A stretch of 64,000 nucleotides of DNA from an uncultured cyanobacterium (GCA_963766075.1 CAVYAN010000008.1:1-64000); one strand, 5' to 3'; shown: positions 10,653-21,944, counted from the first letter of the stretch. Made by a program: numbers and translations. The notes: a model not told the origin generated them from the sequence alone.

Positions 10653-11680
10653 GAGTTAGGAGTGAATCGTGAAGGGTGGATGCTGAGGTAAACGCTTGTC
10701 GTTTGAAATGCAATAACCAACGACGATAGCCAAGGGCATATAGAAAATGCTGAACGTGCTTTGCCAGTCGCCAACCCAATCGCTTTGAGAGTTTCTCAAA
10801 CAAGGGACTGCCCGTTGCAGGCAAATCTGAACCCCCTAAGTCCTCAACTTGCGTTGCGGCCTGCTGCCGCAAACTCCCCGCTGCTGGGTAGACCTCATAG
10901 ATAAAGCGCTGAAATACCGTGGCGCAGACTTGCCGGGTGCGATCGCTCATTTTCCACCCGCAGCAGTGCCTCTACCGATCGCTCAATGGCCCGATAGGCT
11001 GAGGCATAGGCCGCCTTTGACTTCTGATCGCTTAAACTGCCCAAAAGTCCCGATCGATAGTAACTCTTGGCTTCCGCACAGAATTTAATTCCCTGGCTGG
11101 CCAACACCACCCGGCAAAAATATTCCCCATCATCATTCAACGACAGAGTGGGATCCCAGGGGCCAGCCATGTCTGCAATGGCTTTTGGCACTAACCAGGC
11201 TGCGGGATGCATCATCCAGTTGCCCGACCAAGCACAAATCAGCCAATTTATGGGTAACCGATCCTGCCACAGCGGTTCCGGCGTAAACGTGGCTTCCTCG
11301 GGATGGCGATAAAACCGCGCCCAGGCCCCCGAAGCCACACAATTTTCGGGAGCTTCTAATAGCAACTTGACTTGGCATTCAATCTTATTGGGGGCAAGCA
11401 AATCATCTGCATCTAGAAATTGGATGAATTCACCCTGCGCTAACTGCAGGGCTGTGTTCCGCGCTACCGCCGCCCCTTGATTGGCCTGGGTAATGACTTT
11501 GACCCGATCGCCTTCAAACCGTCGGGCGACAGCTAATGTCTGATCCGATGATCCATCGTCAACAATAATGATTTCAGTATTGGTCCAGGTTTGATTGAGC
11601 GCTGAGTGAATTGTCTCAGTCATCCAATCAGCTGCATTATACGCCGGAATGAGAATAGAAACGAGTGGTTTCATAATCAA
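10645..11680 (-). CDS. GT2 glycosyltransferase with one frameshift near 10948
   Basis: VSILIPAYN, IIVDDGSSD and FLDADD motifs; C-terminus continues in ORF 10645..10950 (SDRTRQVCATVFQRF). Confidence 0.85.
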
Positions 11681-11815
11681 TGAAAATTGAGTGTATGGAT
11701 TATTAAATTAGTCAACAAAAGAATCGTCAAAAGTCAGTTGTTTTAATACATGACTTGTGTGATTCAGGAGAAATAACTATTCAGTCATTAGTCTTCTGCC
11801 CTCTGCGTTTTTGCA

Positions 11816-12799
11816 CTACCCTAAACAATGTCGCCAAGCATCACGAAAATACCAGGGCTTGGAATTGGCAACATAGTGATGCATGACAGCCGTGGGCGTT
11901 TGCACTTCTGCTCTGTCGGGCATTAATACATAATCTTGTGCGGGGGCAATAATACTGGGATAGCGCGCCATCAACATCGCCGCCATCGCTTGTTCCTGAT
12001 AGTAATTGGTGCCTTCTGCTTCAATCATTGTCTTGCACCAATACTCTAGCTCATGCCAATCAATGGACTCGCTCTGCAAGCCACAAATCCCGACATTAAT
12101 TTTGGCGGGAATAGTGGCTCCTGCCAATCGACACATTAGTTCATCTGAATAGCCATAGGCTGTTTCTACATCGACCATAGCGCAGGGGGTCTGTGGTGAC
12201 TGGAGCCAATCTAATAAAAAGGTTGGCTGACGAAAGAACAGCATGTCAGAATCTAAAACCAGTTTCCATCCCTGGGAATTGACGTGAATATCCGTCAGCT
12301 TGCGCAGATTAAAATAGCTCAATCGACGCGATCGCAGGGTGGGAAACGTCGCGATCGGCAAGTATTCATCTAACGTTGCTGTCGTTGTCTGGGCAGTAAT
12401 GATTTCTGCATCGGGGAAAATACGCCGAATGGCGGCTACGTAGGGCTGGCTTAAGCTGCCATCGTCATAAATTACGGGCCGAAAGTAAATTCCCGACTGT
12501 TGAATCATTGAATAGGCACAAAAGCAGGTCTGGTACCAAAACCGCTGTCCGCTGAGGAAGTAGATTCGATCAGGATTTGGGGTGGGGGTGAGCGGCGGCA
12601 ATCGGTTGGCAGCAGCTTCCATTTGCTGCTGGGCGCGGCGATCGCCCATTTGGGCTAAAATCCCCCGCTTTAATGACTTTTGGATCAATCCTTTGGGAGC
12701 GTAATACCCCCAGTACAGAATTTTACCGGGTTGAAATACCTTAGCGAATTGATACATCTGATTGTGGGCAGGCATATGGTTGTCCAAATAGTTGTCCAA
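11816..12799 (-). CDS. Putative GT-A fold glycosyltransferase
   Basis: LVLDSDMLFF DxD motif, INVGICGL, VMHHYV; cluster context; start codon uncertain. Confidence 0.6.
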   Translation of the reverse strand: MDNYLDNHMPAHNQMYQFAKVFQPGKILYWGYYAPKGLIQKSLKRGILAQMGDRRAQQQMEAAANRLPPLTPTPNPDRIYFLSGQRFWYQTCFCAYSMIQQSGIYFRPVIYDDGSLSQPYVAAIRRIFPDAEIITAQTTTATLDEYLPIATFPTLRSRRLSYFNLRKLTDIHVNSQGWKLVLDSDMLFFRQPTFLLDWLQSPQTPCAMVDVETAYGYSDELMCRLAGATIPAKINVGICGLQSESIDWHELEYWCKTMIEAEGTNYYQEQAMAAMLMARYPSIIAPAQDYVLMPDRAEVQTPTAVMHHYVANSKPWYFRDAWRHCLG

Positions 12800-12842
12800 G
12801 TCATTGTCTAAAAAACGTTGGGATAACCCAAATCAACAGCCC

Positions 12843-13780
12843 TTAAGCCCCAGATCCAAGGGATTCGTAGAGTCCGCAGGCTCCCCGCCAACGCACATAG
12901 GCCGCCGCATTCCGCCATGCCTGATAGGCAAAAAACGCTTTGATTTTGCGGGGTATGACAGTCCAGGGGCGATCCGTTGCCAAGCTTCAATGCCGTGGAC
13001 CTGTAGGACTTGCACCCACGAACGGGTGGAAGCGTAATTTAAACGAGCCAGATAGCCTTTTGTTAGCCGGTTTGCGGCAATCAAATGGGTAATTTGGAGT
13101 TCGGGGAAATACCCCACCTGCCATCCCATCGCTAACAGGGTAAGCACAATGTCATTATCTTCACCGGAGGTGAGTTGCTGGCCCGTGCGCCCAAACGATA
13201 ACCGCTGGGGTTGGCACAACACGCCCTCGACATAGCCTTGAAAGACGGATCGCCGAATGGCTAATCCAATGCCTGCTGGGGCAAATTCGGGATAGGTCTG
13301 GGGTGGCTCCGACACGCTGGCAGGACTAATCAACGGCTGGTCCCCAAAATCGCGAAGGGCGAGGACTGGGTAGAATTCGGCCATCCAGGCTTCGGGCAGA
13401 ACTTCAAACTCGGGGCAAGACTTGCCCCCGATCGCTCCTAGACCGGGCTGCTGCTGAAAAATATGTTGAACGTGATTGAGATAATCCGGATGGAGGACAT
13501 TATCATCGTCTACAAACACTAAAACCTCACCCTGTGCTTCCTGATACCCGCGCAAGCGGGCGGCAGTCAGCCCCAAGGTCGCTTCTCGAATAATCTGCCC
13601 GTGCGGGTGCCAGGGTAAAGCCCACGTCGCAGCTAAGGGCAGGGCACTGGCGTTGTCAATGACCAGCAGTTCCCATTGGCTTAATGCCAACGTTTGTTGT
13701 TGGAGAGATGCTAGTACGCGCTGTAAATAACTGGAGCGCGGATTATGGGTGCAGATAATCACGCTAATTTGCAAAGACAT
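12843..13780 (-). CDS. GT2 glycosyltransferase with probable frameshift near 12967
   Basis: ISVIICTHNP, FVDDDN and GEDND motifs; adding one C to the C-run gives the tail PWTVIPRKIKAFFAYQAWRNAAAYVRWRGACGLYESLGSGA*. Confidence 0.85.
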
Positions 13781-13902
13781 GGCGACGGTGCTCTTAGAAG
13801 GAATTGGGGACAGAATTGGGGAGCAGAATTAGGGCCGGGTATGGGATGAAAGTTAGGGTGAAAGTTATTTTTAGTATGGTGGTGCTCAATTTGCGATCGC
13901 GC

Positions 13903-14613
13903 TTAAGATGAATGTATCGGATCCAGGGTTAACGTATAACTTTGGGGTTGCTTTTCCCGACTCCAGGTGATTTCTCCTCGCCGCACTTGCGCGGGAATGC
14001 CAGCGGCTAGGCTATGGGGTGGCAGGGATTTCGTCACAATTGCCCCCGCCGCGACGACACTATCATGGCCAATGATCAAGTCTTTTAATACCCGGACGTG
14101 CATGCCCAGCCAAACATGGGATTCAATCGTTACAGAATGGGCTTGATTGAGCCGTTGTCCACTGCGGCGATCCAACACGGCATGGGAGTCTCCGCAGCGA
14201 ATTTCAATCCCGTGGGCAAACATGCAATCTTCGCCAATGCTGATCCGGGCTTCGGGATCGGCCACGCCAATATTGGCTCCTGCGATCGTGGTGTTTCTAC
14301 CAATCCGAATCTGGCCCCGATCATCCTGAATCCATAGGCAACTCTCATTGATGGTGCAATCGGCACCAATCACAATGTGATTGTGTGAGCCTTGAATTTG
14401 CAACTGAGTCTGACGGAGTTGCGCCCCGGATTCAATCACAATCGTGTTGTGGCTGCCTTGCACCTCGATCTTCACCTGTTGCAGCATCGGTAAGTGGCTT
14501 TGTGTCTTGAAGAGCAATTGGTTATGTTCACCTACAATGCGCTGACGATTGTGCCGTAATCGATAGCGCAGCTTAAAAGTCAGCGCTCTGATCGCTGGTA
14601 CGTGTTTGAGCAT
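13903..14613 (-). CDS. Hexapeptide-repeat (LbH) acyltransferase
   Basis: IGEDCMFA, VWLGMHV, IGHDSVVAAGAIV and AGIPA repeats. Confidence 0.9.
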   Translation of the reverse strand: MLKHVPAIRALTFKLRYRLRHNRQRIVGEHNQLLFKTQSHLPMLQQVKIEVQGSHNTIVIESGAQLRQTQLQIQGSHNHIVIGADCTINESCLWIQDDRGQIRIGRNTTIAGANIGVADPEARISIGEDCMFAHGIEIRCGDSHAVLDRRSGQRLNQAHSVTIESHVWLGMHVRVLKDLIIGHDSVVAAGAIVTKSLPPHSLAAGIPAQVRRGEITWSREKQPQSYTLTLDPIHSS

Positions 14614-14656
14614 CGGTTGTTTCCTGGGGCGTTATGCCGAAATATTATGGGTTGAT

Positions 14657-15895
14657 CTAAATCTTGGCGTGTAGTCCTTGACGACAGTTGGCGATCGCTG
14701 CGGCATAGGCGGCTTCTTGCTGCTGTCCAACGCAATCCAGACTGTAGTGACTCAGCACGCGATCGCGGGCGATCGCGCCATACTGCTGCCGCAAAGGTGG
14801 ATTTTGGAGCAAATGGAGCATGCCATGGGCGAGCAACTGAGGCTGTTTCGGGGGGAGGAGTAAGCCCGCTTTTCCCCCATCCAGCAATTCGGCCATGCCC
14901 CCCGCACTACTGCCAATGACCCCACGGCCTGCGGCCATGGCCTCTAGACAGACCAAGCCAAAGCTTTCCCAAAGGCTGGGAAAAACGCAGATGTCCGTTT
15001 GTGCTAAATAGGTGGGAATTTGGTCGAGGGGGACGGCTCCTGTGAATTCTAGGGCGTGGATATGGCGATGGAGCTGTTTACAGAGGTATTGTTGCATTGT
15101 GAGATGCTTGACAGGGGAGGGCCAAGCGGGGCCAACAAAGCGAAATTTGGCTTCTGGGTAGTGTTTCAACACCTCGGGAATGGCCCGCATTAAATCCAAA
15201 ATTCCTTTGCGAAGTTCCAAGCGCCCAATAAAGGTAATTCGGTGAGTCTGGGTCTTGAGCGGAATGTCCAGCAGTGCGGGAGAAGGGATGTAGGGATAGG
15301 GAAAGGTGGCAATTTTGGCTGTATCCAGGTGCCAATCCGCTTGTACTTGGTTGCCGATCGCCTGCGAAGGAGCCGCAATAATTTGGGCGTGCAACGCATG
15401 GCGATATTCAGGATCGGACGGGCAATCATAGACAGGCTGGGACTGGGGCCATTTCAGTCCTTGTCCGCGCCGCAGCGCCCCCAGCAGAAACCGCAGTTTG
15501 GCTGGCGTACTTAGCGGTGTCGCTCCCACTTTTTGCAGGATATAGCTCGGGGTATGGAGTTTCAGGACCAAGGGCAGATCGGGAAAGTGCTGCGCGATGA
15601 CTGCCGCATCCGCCCCGCAATCCGGGCCTTCCACGACATCGAATTGGACAACATGATGCCGTGCAGCAAAGATGGGGGCAATGTCCTCGGCAAAGTGGGC
15701 GCGATCGCGGGGTTGGATTCGATGGACTGTGAGGCCCTGTGTCATTTCGCAGCCCGCTCGATGGGGACTGGCGGTAAAAACTTCGACATCATGTCCCCGT
15801 TGGGCCAACATCTGGGCAGCTTGGCGAACATAGGTGGCAATCCCCCCGATAGCGGTATCTGGCGGATATTCGTAGCTAACAAAGGCAATTTTCAT
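14657..15895 (-). CDS. GT4 glycosyltransferase
   Basis: DICVFPSLWESFGLVCLEAMAAG motif. Confidence 0.9.
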   Translation of the reverse strand: MKIAFVSYEYPPDTAIGGIATYVRQAAQMLAQRGHDVEVFTASPHRAGCEMTQGLTVHRIQPRDRAHFAEDIAPIFAARHHVVQFDVVEGPDCGADAAVIAQHFPDLPLVLKLHTPSYILQKVGATPLSTPAKLRFLLGALRRGQGLKWPQSQPVYDCPSDPEYRHALHAQIIAAPSQAIGNQVQADWHLDTAKIATFPYPYIPSPALLDIPLKTQTHRITFIGRLELRKGILDLMRAIPEVLKHYPEAKFRFVGPAWPSPVKHLTMQQYLCKQLHRHIHALEFTGAVPLDQIPTYLAQTDICVFPSLWESFGLVCLEAMAAGRGVIGSSAGGMAELLDGGKAGLLLPPKQPQLLAHGMLHLLQNPPLRQQYGAIARDRVLSHYSLDCVGQQQEAAYAAAIANCRQGLHAKI

Positions 15896-15912
15896 AGAGT
15901 TATGGGGTCAAA

Positions 15913-17208
15913 CTAGAGTCGGGTTAAGCTCGCGGTCCGTTGATACAGATAACTGCCTTGGGCCAGTCGCACAATGCCGTGATCATTGCGGTAGGCGCAC
16001 ATGGCATCTTGCACCACTGCTGGCTGCACTTCAAAACTAATGGCATCTTCGACGCCTAAATAGGTGATTGGGTCGTTGCTGCGATGGAGATGTAGACTGG
16101 CGCGATAGGAACCGGGAAACAGCGGCATCCGTTTCAAATCAAAGGTCAGATTGATTTTTCCATTGATGGGAAACGGGGCTAGACCTTCTTCAATGCTACA
16201 TAGACTAGAAACCAAGGTCCCCATCATGTCATAAATCCGGATAATCACACCGCAGTCACTTAATGGGCTATGGGCATGGAGATTAACGTGCAAATAATAA
16301 TCGCGATCGAAAATGGGGGATTGGGTGCGGCAGTCTTCCTCCGCATCTTCCAAATAGATATCTGACAATTCAATGCCATAGCGACTAACGACCCCCACCT
16401 GACTACCCGATGATTCCGACTGCTTCAGGTATTGCTTGACACCCGCTTCCGCGCTACCTGAAAAAATCAATTCTCCCTGATGCATCATCAGAGCGGAATC
16501 GCAAAGTTGGCGAATCGCCGCCATGTTGTGGCTGACAAAGAGGACGGTGCGACCGCCGTGGGCCACATCTTTCATTTTGCCCAGGCACTTATTTTGAAAT
16601 TGCGCGTCCCCGACTGCCAACACTTCGTCCACAATCAGAATTTCGGGTTCGAGATGGGCAGCAACGGCAAAGGCGAGCCGCACATACATACCGGAGGAAT
16701 AGCGTTTCACCGGGGTATCCAGAAATCGTTCAACTTCGGCAAAGGCCACAATTTCATCAAATTTGCGCTGAATTTCTCCTTTGCTCATGCCCAAAATGGC
16801 CCCGTTCAAGAAGATATTTTCTCGCCCGGTCAATTCAGGGTGAAATCCGGTTCCTACTTCTAGTAGACTGGCAACCCGACCGCGCATGCCAATCCGCCCA
16901 GACGTGGGTTCGGTGATGCGGCTGAGAACTTTCAGCAAGGTGGATTTCCCGGCTCCGTTACGCCCAATCACCCCCACGCGATCGCCTTGACAAATTTCAA
17001 AGGACACATCCCGCAATGCCCAAAATTCCTCTGATTGGGACTGGGGGCGCGATCTCTGACCGGGATGGAGTTGCCGCATCAATCGGCGAGTTTTTCCGGT
17101 CAACATATCGCGAAAGGACTGATAGCGATCGGTTTGCTGAGCGCCTAGGTTATAGCGTTTACTAAGCCGCTCAACTTGAATAACCGTGGATGATGAAGCG
17201 AATGACAT
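15913..17208 (-). CDS. wzt: Polysaccharide ABC transporter ATP-binding subunit with C-terminal domain
   Basis: GRNGAGKST, YSSGMYVRLAF, ILIVDEVLAVGD. Confidence 0.92.
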   Translation of the reverse strand: MSFASSSTVIQVERLSKRYNLGAQQTDRYQSFRDMLTGKTRRLMRQLHPGQRSRPQSQSEEFWALRDVSFEICQGDRVGVIGRNGAGKSTLLKVLSRITEPTSGRIGMRGRVASLLEVGTGFHPELTGRENIFLNGAILGMSKGEIQRKFDEIVAFAEVERFLDTPVKRYSSGMYVRLAFAVAAHLEPEILIVDEVLAVGDAQFQNKCLGKMKDVAHGGRTVLFVSHNMAAIRQLCDSALMMHQGELIFSGSAEAGVKQYLKQSESSGSQVGVVSRYGIELSDIYLEDAEEDCRTQSPIFDRDYYLHVNLHAHSPLSDCGVIIRIYDMMGTLVSSLCSIEEGLAPFPINGKINLTFDLKRMPLFPGSYRASLHLHRSNDPITYLGVEDAISFEVQPAVVQDAMCAYRNDHGIVRLAQGSYLYQRTASLTRL

Positions 17209-17311
17209 GGCGCAAGTTCCAATTATAAGTACAGGTCGGTTTTATACGGGGTGACGCGATAGGGCGTTATATTTGCGATAGTGGAGTAGCGTCATCGATA
17301 GCTTGAAAGTC

Positions 17312-18424
17312 CTAGGCAAGGGCATCCAGGACGTATTGAGCCACTTTTTCGGGCAAAAGATAGCGATCGTAGATGGCTTGATTGTGGGCTTTAATCCGGT
17401 GCCAGAGGGCTTCATCAATGGTTTGGAGATGGGATTCCAAGGACTGCCATTCATCGATGTTGTAGAACACCTTGAACTGATTGAAATCAAAATAGGGTTC
17501 TAGCAGAGGCTGATCCATATAGATCGGCAGTCCCCAGTACAGCGCCAGGGTCATGATGTTGCGCCAACCCCAATGAAACCCAGTGGCAAAAACGGCTAAC
17601 CGGGAAGCCGCTAGCATGGCTTCATAGTTGCCTGCGATCGGGCGCGAAATCAGGGGGAATTGTTCCGGAGTCAACCCCGATCCCAAGGCGGCATCATTCC
17701 ACTTCAGTTGGGAGTAAATGAGAGAGTACGGGGCAAGCTGACCGAGCTTTTGATGCAACGCATAGCGATGGTGAGGCCAACCCCAGAGGGTGTCGGCCAG
17801 CACGACATCATACTGAAGGGTCGCAGATCGCAGGGCGTGCATTGCCCGGTAGCGCTGCTCAAACACCTGAAATTCGGGTTGCCAGTAGCGTTGTCCGGTC
17901 AAGGCTTTCTGGGTTTTATCGCGCAGATTGCGCCATTTCTGGGTGGGCCAGGATGGCGTGGGCCATTGCCCCGAGTCCGGCCCAATCGGGACGTATTTTT
18001 TGACTTTAGGGAAGTGATCACCCCAGCGCTGAATCATCTGTTCTACCTGCAAACGGTAGCTGGCTACATCAGCTTCTGTCTGCCAGGGATAGGGTTGCAA
18101 AAAGGTTTTATGGTGAAAAATTTGGCGGTTGTAGCCTGCACAGAAGTACACATCGACGTCCTCAATCAAGGGACAAAGCTGTGCAAAGGAATCTTCGCTA
18201 TCGACGAGGATCCATCGTTTGCGGGTATTGTGCTCCCAAAGGAGTAGGGTTGTATGGCGATGCTCATGCTGCCGAAGGCGGAGAGAAACATCATAGGCGG
18301 CTAGGGAGGATTGATCGCGGACAATAAACTCGACGGTACCCGCATGATGCAGTTTCATGAAACCGTATTTCAGCAGATGGTTTCGCTGTTCGTGGGCGTT
18401 GGTAAACCAAGTAATCCGTTGCAT
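17312..18424 (-). CDS. Hypothetical protein, possibly GT-B-like
   Basis: Long ORF co-oriented in the operon; likely start MQRITWF just after the glf stop; C-terminal YEAMLAASRLAVF...GLPIYMD. Confidence 0.6.
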   Translation of the reverse strand: MQRITWFTNAHEQRNHLLKYGFMKLHHAGTVEFIVRDQSSLAAYDVSLRLRQHEHRHTTLLLWEHNTRKRWILVDSEDSFAQLCPLIEDVDVYFCAGYNRQIFHHKTFLQPYPWQTEADVASYRLQVEQMIQRWGDHFPKVKKYVPIGPDSGQWPTPSWPTQKWRNLRDKTQKALTGQRYWQPEFQVFEQRYRAMHALRSATLQYDVVLADTLWGWPHHRYALHQKLGQLAPYSLIYSQLKWNDAALGSGLTPEQFPLISRPIAGNYEAMLAASRLAVFATGFHWGWRNIMTLALYWGLPIYMDQPLLEPYFDFNQFKVFYNIDEWQSLESHLQTIDEALWHRIKAHNQAIYDRYLLPEKVAQYVLDALA

Positions 18425-18446
18425 GGTAAGACGAAGGGGAAGAAGT

Positions 18447-19652
18447 CTACGGAGCGGTTTGCAGGACAGGAGAACGATCTGCCGGAAGGCTATCTTCTGT
18501 ATTAGGGAAGCGATCGAACTGGTCCCATTGGGAGGCAGGCTGTTGCATAAAACGGCGGCTAAAGTCGAGGGCTTCGCCAATCACATGGTGCATGTCCATA
18601 TAGCGATAGGTGCCCAAGCGCCCCACAAACGAGACGTGGGTTTCCGTCTGAGCTAATCGGCGGTAACGTTGAAGGAGGGCATGATCCGCCTGCAAGCGTT
18701 TGGGATAGTACGGAATATCTCCCACGGCGGTTTCTTTGCTATATTCTGTGAGCACAACGGTTTGGCGGTGGGTTTCCCAGGGAGTAAAGTGTTTGTGTTC
18801 ATGGACCCGTGTATAGGGCGTGGCGGCATCGCAGTAGTTAATTACCGGATTGCCCTGATAATCTCCTTCCTGGGTTTGGCGATTGAAATAGATGGTGCGA
18901 TAGCCTAACCGGCCCAGGGCGAATCCGTAATAGGCATCCAAAGGTCCGGTGTAGAAAACGTAATCAAATTCGGAATTCCAGGAGCGATCATAGGTACTAT
19001 TCAGCTTGACGGTGATGGTGGGCAGCGCTAGGATGCGCTCGATGATTTTGGTGTAGCCATCGGTTGGAATGCCTTGGTAGGGCATGTTGTAGTAATTGTC
19101 ATCGTAGTTGAATCGTACCGGCAGACGTTTGAGAATCGAGGCCGGTAGTTCCTTTGGATTACAGCCCCACTGCTTGAGCGTATAGTCCCGAAAGAAGTTT
19201 TCGTAGAGGTCTCTACCCACGAGCTTTAGGGCTTGTTCCTCAAAATTCTGGGGTGATTGAATATTAGATTCCCCAATTTGGGCCATGAATTGTGCGGCTT
19301 CGGCGGGATTGAATTGCTTCTGAAAAAATTGGTTAATGGTCAGCAGATTAATCGGCAAAGAAAAGACGCCGCGCTTTGTGACGGCCTTCACCCGATTCGT
19401 GTAGGCTCCAAACGTTGAAAATTGTTGGACATAGCGCCACACGTCGAGGCGATCGGTATTGAAAATATGCGGTCCGTACTGATGGATCATCACGCCCGTT
19501 TCGGGGTCCCGTTCCGTATGGCAATTGCCCGCAAGATGGTTGCGTTCATCTACCACTAGGATTTGATAGTCTGTTGCTAAGGCAATTTCTCGCGCGATCG
19601 CGGCCCCGGAGAATCCAGCGCCCACAATCAGAATTTTTTTAGGCATAATCAT
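18447..19652 (-). CDS. glf: UDP-galactopyranose mutase
   Basis: IVGAGFSG, HQYGPHIF, YTRVHEHKHF, PYYP, GRLGTYRYMDM. Confidence 0.95.
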   Translation of the reverse strand: MIMPKKILIVGAGFSGAAIAREIALATDYQILVVDERNHLAGNCHTERDPETGVMIHQYGPHIFNTDRLDVWRYVQQFSTFGAYTNRVKAVTKRGVFSLPINLLTINQFFQKQFNPAEAAQFMAQIGESNIQSPQNFEEQALKLVGRDLYENFFRDYTLKQWGCNPKELPASILKRLPVRFNYDDNYYNMPYQGIPTDGYTKIIERILALPTITVKLNSTYDRSWNSEFDYVFYTGPLDAYYGFALGRLGYRTIYFNRQTQEGDYQGNPVINYCDAATPYTRVHEHKHFTPWETHRQTVVLTEYSKETAVGDIPYYPKRLQADHALLQRYRRLAQTETHVSFVGRLGTYRYMDMHHVIGEALDFSRRFMQQPASQWDQFDRFPNTEDSLPADRSPVLQTAP

Positions 19653-19693
19653 TGTTTAGGCATGGCCAAAAAGTGAGAAAGCAGTAAAAAACG

Positions 19694-20524
19694 TCAGATT
19701 ACATCGGCAAACGAGCGCTCATAGGCCCGGAAGTAGCGCACACCGGTAATCAGGAAGAGCAGAACTAAGGCGATCGACAGAGCAAACGTAGGCAGATAAA
19801 GCTGAGAATCGCCCCCAAGAATCGCCCAGCGAAAGCCATCAATCACACCTACCATGGGGTTGAGGGCGTAGAGCCAGCGCCACTGTTCGGGCACAATGCT
19901 GCTACTAAACCCGACGGGCGAGACATAGAGGCCAAATTGGATAATAAATGGGACAACATAGCGAAAGTCTCGGTATTTCACATTCAGCGCCGACAACCAT
20001 AGCCCCGCTCCCATGGCTGCCCCAAACGCGATGAGGACGAAAAAGGGCAGGGTTAGAATCCGCCAACTGGGCATAAAGTGATACCAGACCATCAGGCCCA
20101 GCAGGATAATGCCAGAAATCATGAAGTCAATAAAACTCACAATCACCGCACTAGTGGGTAAGACTAAGCGGGGAAAGTAAACCTTTGAGAGTAAGTTGGC
20201 GTTGGTAATCAGGCTATTACTAGATTCTGAGAGGGAGTTGGCAAAAAACTGCCAGGGCAGCAAGGCCGAAAACACCAAAATTGGATAGGGAGTCCCTTGA
20301 GAGGGGAGTTTGGCCAAACTGCCAAAGACCACAGTAAACACCACCATGGTCAAAAAAGGGCGCAGCAAGGCCCAGACAATGCCGATCGCAGTCTGTTTAT
20401 AGCGCACTAGAATATCGCGCCATGCCAGGAAGTAAAACAGCTCACGATATCGCCAAAGATCGCGCCAATACTGGCGATCGGCGCGACCGGATTCAATCAA
20501 GAGGGCGGGGGGACGAGAAGTCAT
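19694..20524 (-). CDS. wzm: Polysaccharide ABC transporter permease
   Basis: RDILVRYKQTAIG, KVYFPR, LNPMVGVIDGFR, FADVI. Confidence 0.93.
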   Translation of the reverse strand: MTSRPPALLIESGRADRQYWRDLWRYRELFYFLAWRDILVRYKQTAIGIVWALLRPFLTMVVFTVVFGSLAKLPSQGTPYPILVFSALLPWQFFANSLSESSNSLITNANLLSKVYFPRLVLPTSAVIVSFIDFMISGIILLGLMVWYHFMPSWRILTLPFFVLIAFGAAMGAGLWLSALNVKYRDFRYVVPFIIQFGLYVSPVGFSSSIVPEQWRWLYALNPMVGVIDGFRWAILGGDSQLYLPTFALSIALVLLFLITGVRYFRAYERSFADVI

Positions 20525-20745
20525 AGTCAATTTATCCAAACTTTACAGAATGCCCGATATCCCTACTCTGGAGAGTGCCCCCTCACGATCGCACTTGCCT
20601 TACTGTTCAACTTCCTGTCTGACTTGGCGATCGTGTATAACTTGTGCCGAGTATGCGGAAAGCCCTGTGCTGCCGGGAATAGTGTACTAACCCTGTGGCC
20701 TTGAATTCGGTTCACGCATTCCTTTTTGAAGAATTTGCTGGTGTT

Positions 20746-21942
20746 ATGCGATCTCCCTCCTTTGGTTACCTTGCAGTTGCGCTGCTCACCTACAACAGTT
20801 CCACCTCTCTAGTTCTGGCTCAGCTCCCGATCGCTCCCCCCGTGGCCCCGCCGACTGCCCCCGCTGCCAAGACAGATCCCGCTGCCAAGACAGCCCCCGC
20901 CCTTGCCCCCTCGCCGTTGGGTCCCATGCCGACCATTTCTCCGGCCCCAACGGCAGGTACGCCCCCCAGTCGCCAAACTCCCGATCGCGGCAGTGTCCCC
21001 CTCGTGCGTCCTGCGGCCTATACCCTCGCTCCGGGCGATCGCATCAATGTGTCGATCTCCACAGTGCCTGAATTTAGTGGGGTCTATCAAGTAATGTTGG
21101 ATGGCTGCATTACCCTGCCCGTGATTGGCACCGTCGAGTTGCAAGGCATGACTGAAACCCAAGCCGCTCTGACCATCGCCCAACGCTACACCACGGAACA
21201 GGTGCTGGTAAAGCCCACCATTACGGTGATTCTGGCGGAAATGAGCACGGTGCATGTGGCCATCATTGGGGAAGTGAATCGACCGGGAGCCTATACGATC
21301 ACGCCCAAAAATGGCGAATTACCCAAACTGACCGAAATTATTGAACAGGCAGGCGGCATTACCCAACAAACCGACCTAAAAGCGATTGAGATTCACCGCC
21401 CGCAGCGAGATGGTGCCATTCAAGTGATTCAAACCAGCCTCTGGCAGCTATTAACAACTGGGGACCTGAGCCAAGACATTGCCATCCGCGATGGCGATAC
21501 CGTGGCCCTCAATCCGGCTGCGGACATTCCCCCCGAGGTGGCTCTCAAGATTAGCCGTGCCAATGTCACCCCGGCCACGATTCAGGTCAATATCATCGGT
21601 GAAGTGGGCAGCCCTGGTGTGCAAGTGGTGCCCACCGGCACAGCGCTCAACCAGGCTCTGCTGCTGGCCGGGGGCTTTACCGGACGGGCCAAAAAGAAAT
21701 CGATCGAGCTGATTCGCCTCAATCCCAATGGCACCATTTCCCGGCGTAAAGTGGCCATTAACCTCAACCAATCGATTAATGCCACGTCTAATCCGATCCT
21801 GCAAGGCCAGGATGTGATTTTAGTCGATCGCTCCCTCGGGGCTAAAATTACCGACACCGTGGGCACCATTGTTACGCCAATTAATAGTATCTTCTCGCTC
21901 TTTAACGTGTTCAGTCCCTTCTTCCCAAAGAGCAAAAAATAG
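20746..21942 (+). CDS. wza: Polysaccharide export protein (Poly_export + SLBB domains)
   Basis: YTLAPGDRI, DGCITLPVIG, IIGEVNRPGAY, repeated SLBB motifs. Confidence 0.88.
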   Translation: MRSPSFGYLAVALLTYNSSTSLVLAQLPIAPPVAPPTAPAAKTDPAAKTAPALAPSPLGPMPTISPAPTAGTPPSRQTPDRGSVPLVRPAAYTLAPGDRINVSISTVPEFSGVYQVMLDGCITLPVIGTVELQGMTETQAALTIAQRYTTEQVLVKPTITVILAEMSTVHVAIIGEVNRPGAYTITPKNGELPKLTEIIEQAGGITQQTDLKAIEIHRPQRDGAIQVIQTSLWQLLTTGDLSQDIAIRDGDTVALNPAADIPPEVALKISRANVTPATIQVNIIGEVGSPGVQVVPTGTALNQALLLAGGFTGRAKKKSIELIRLNPNGTISRRKVAINLNQSINATSNPILQGQDVILVDRSLGAKITDTVGTIVTPINSIFSLFNVFSPFFPKSKK

Positions 21943-21944
21943 CC

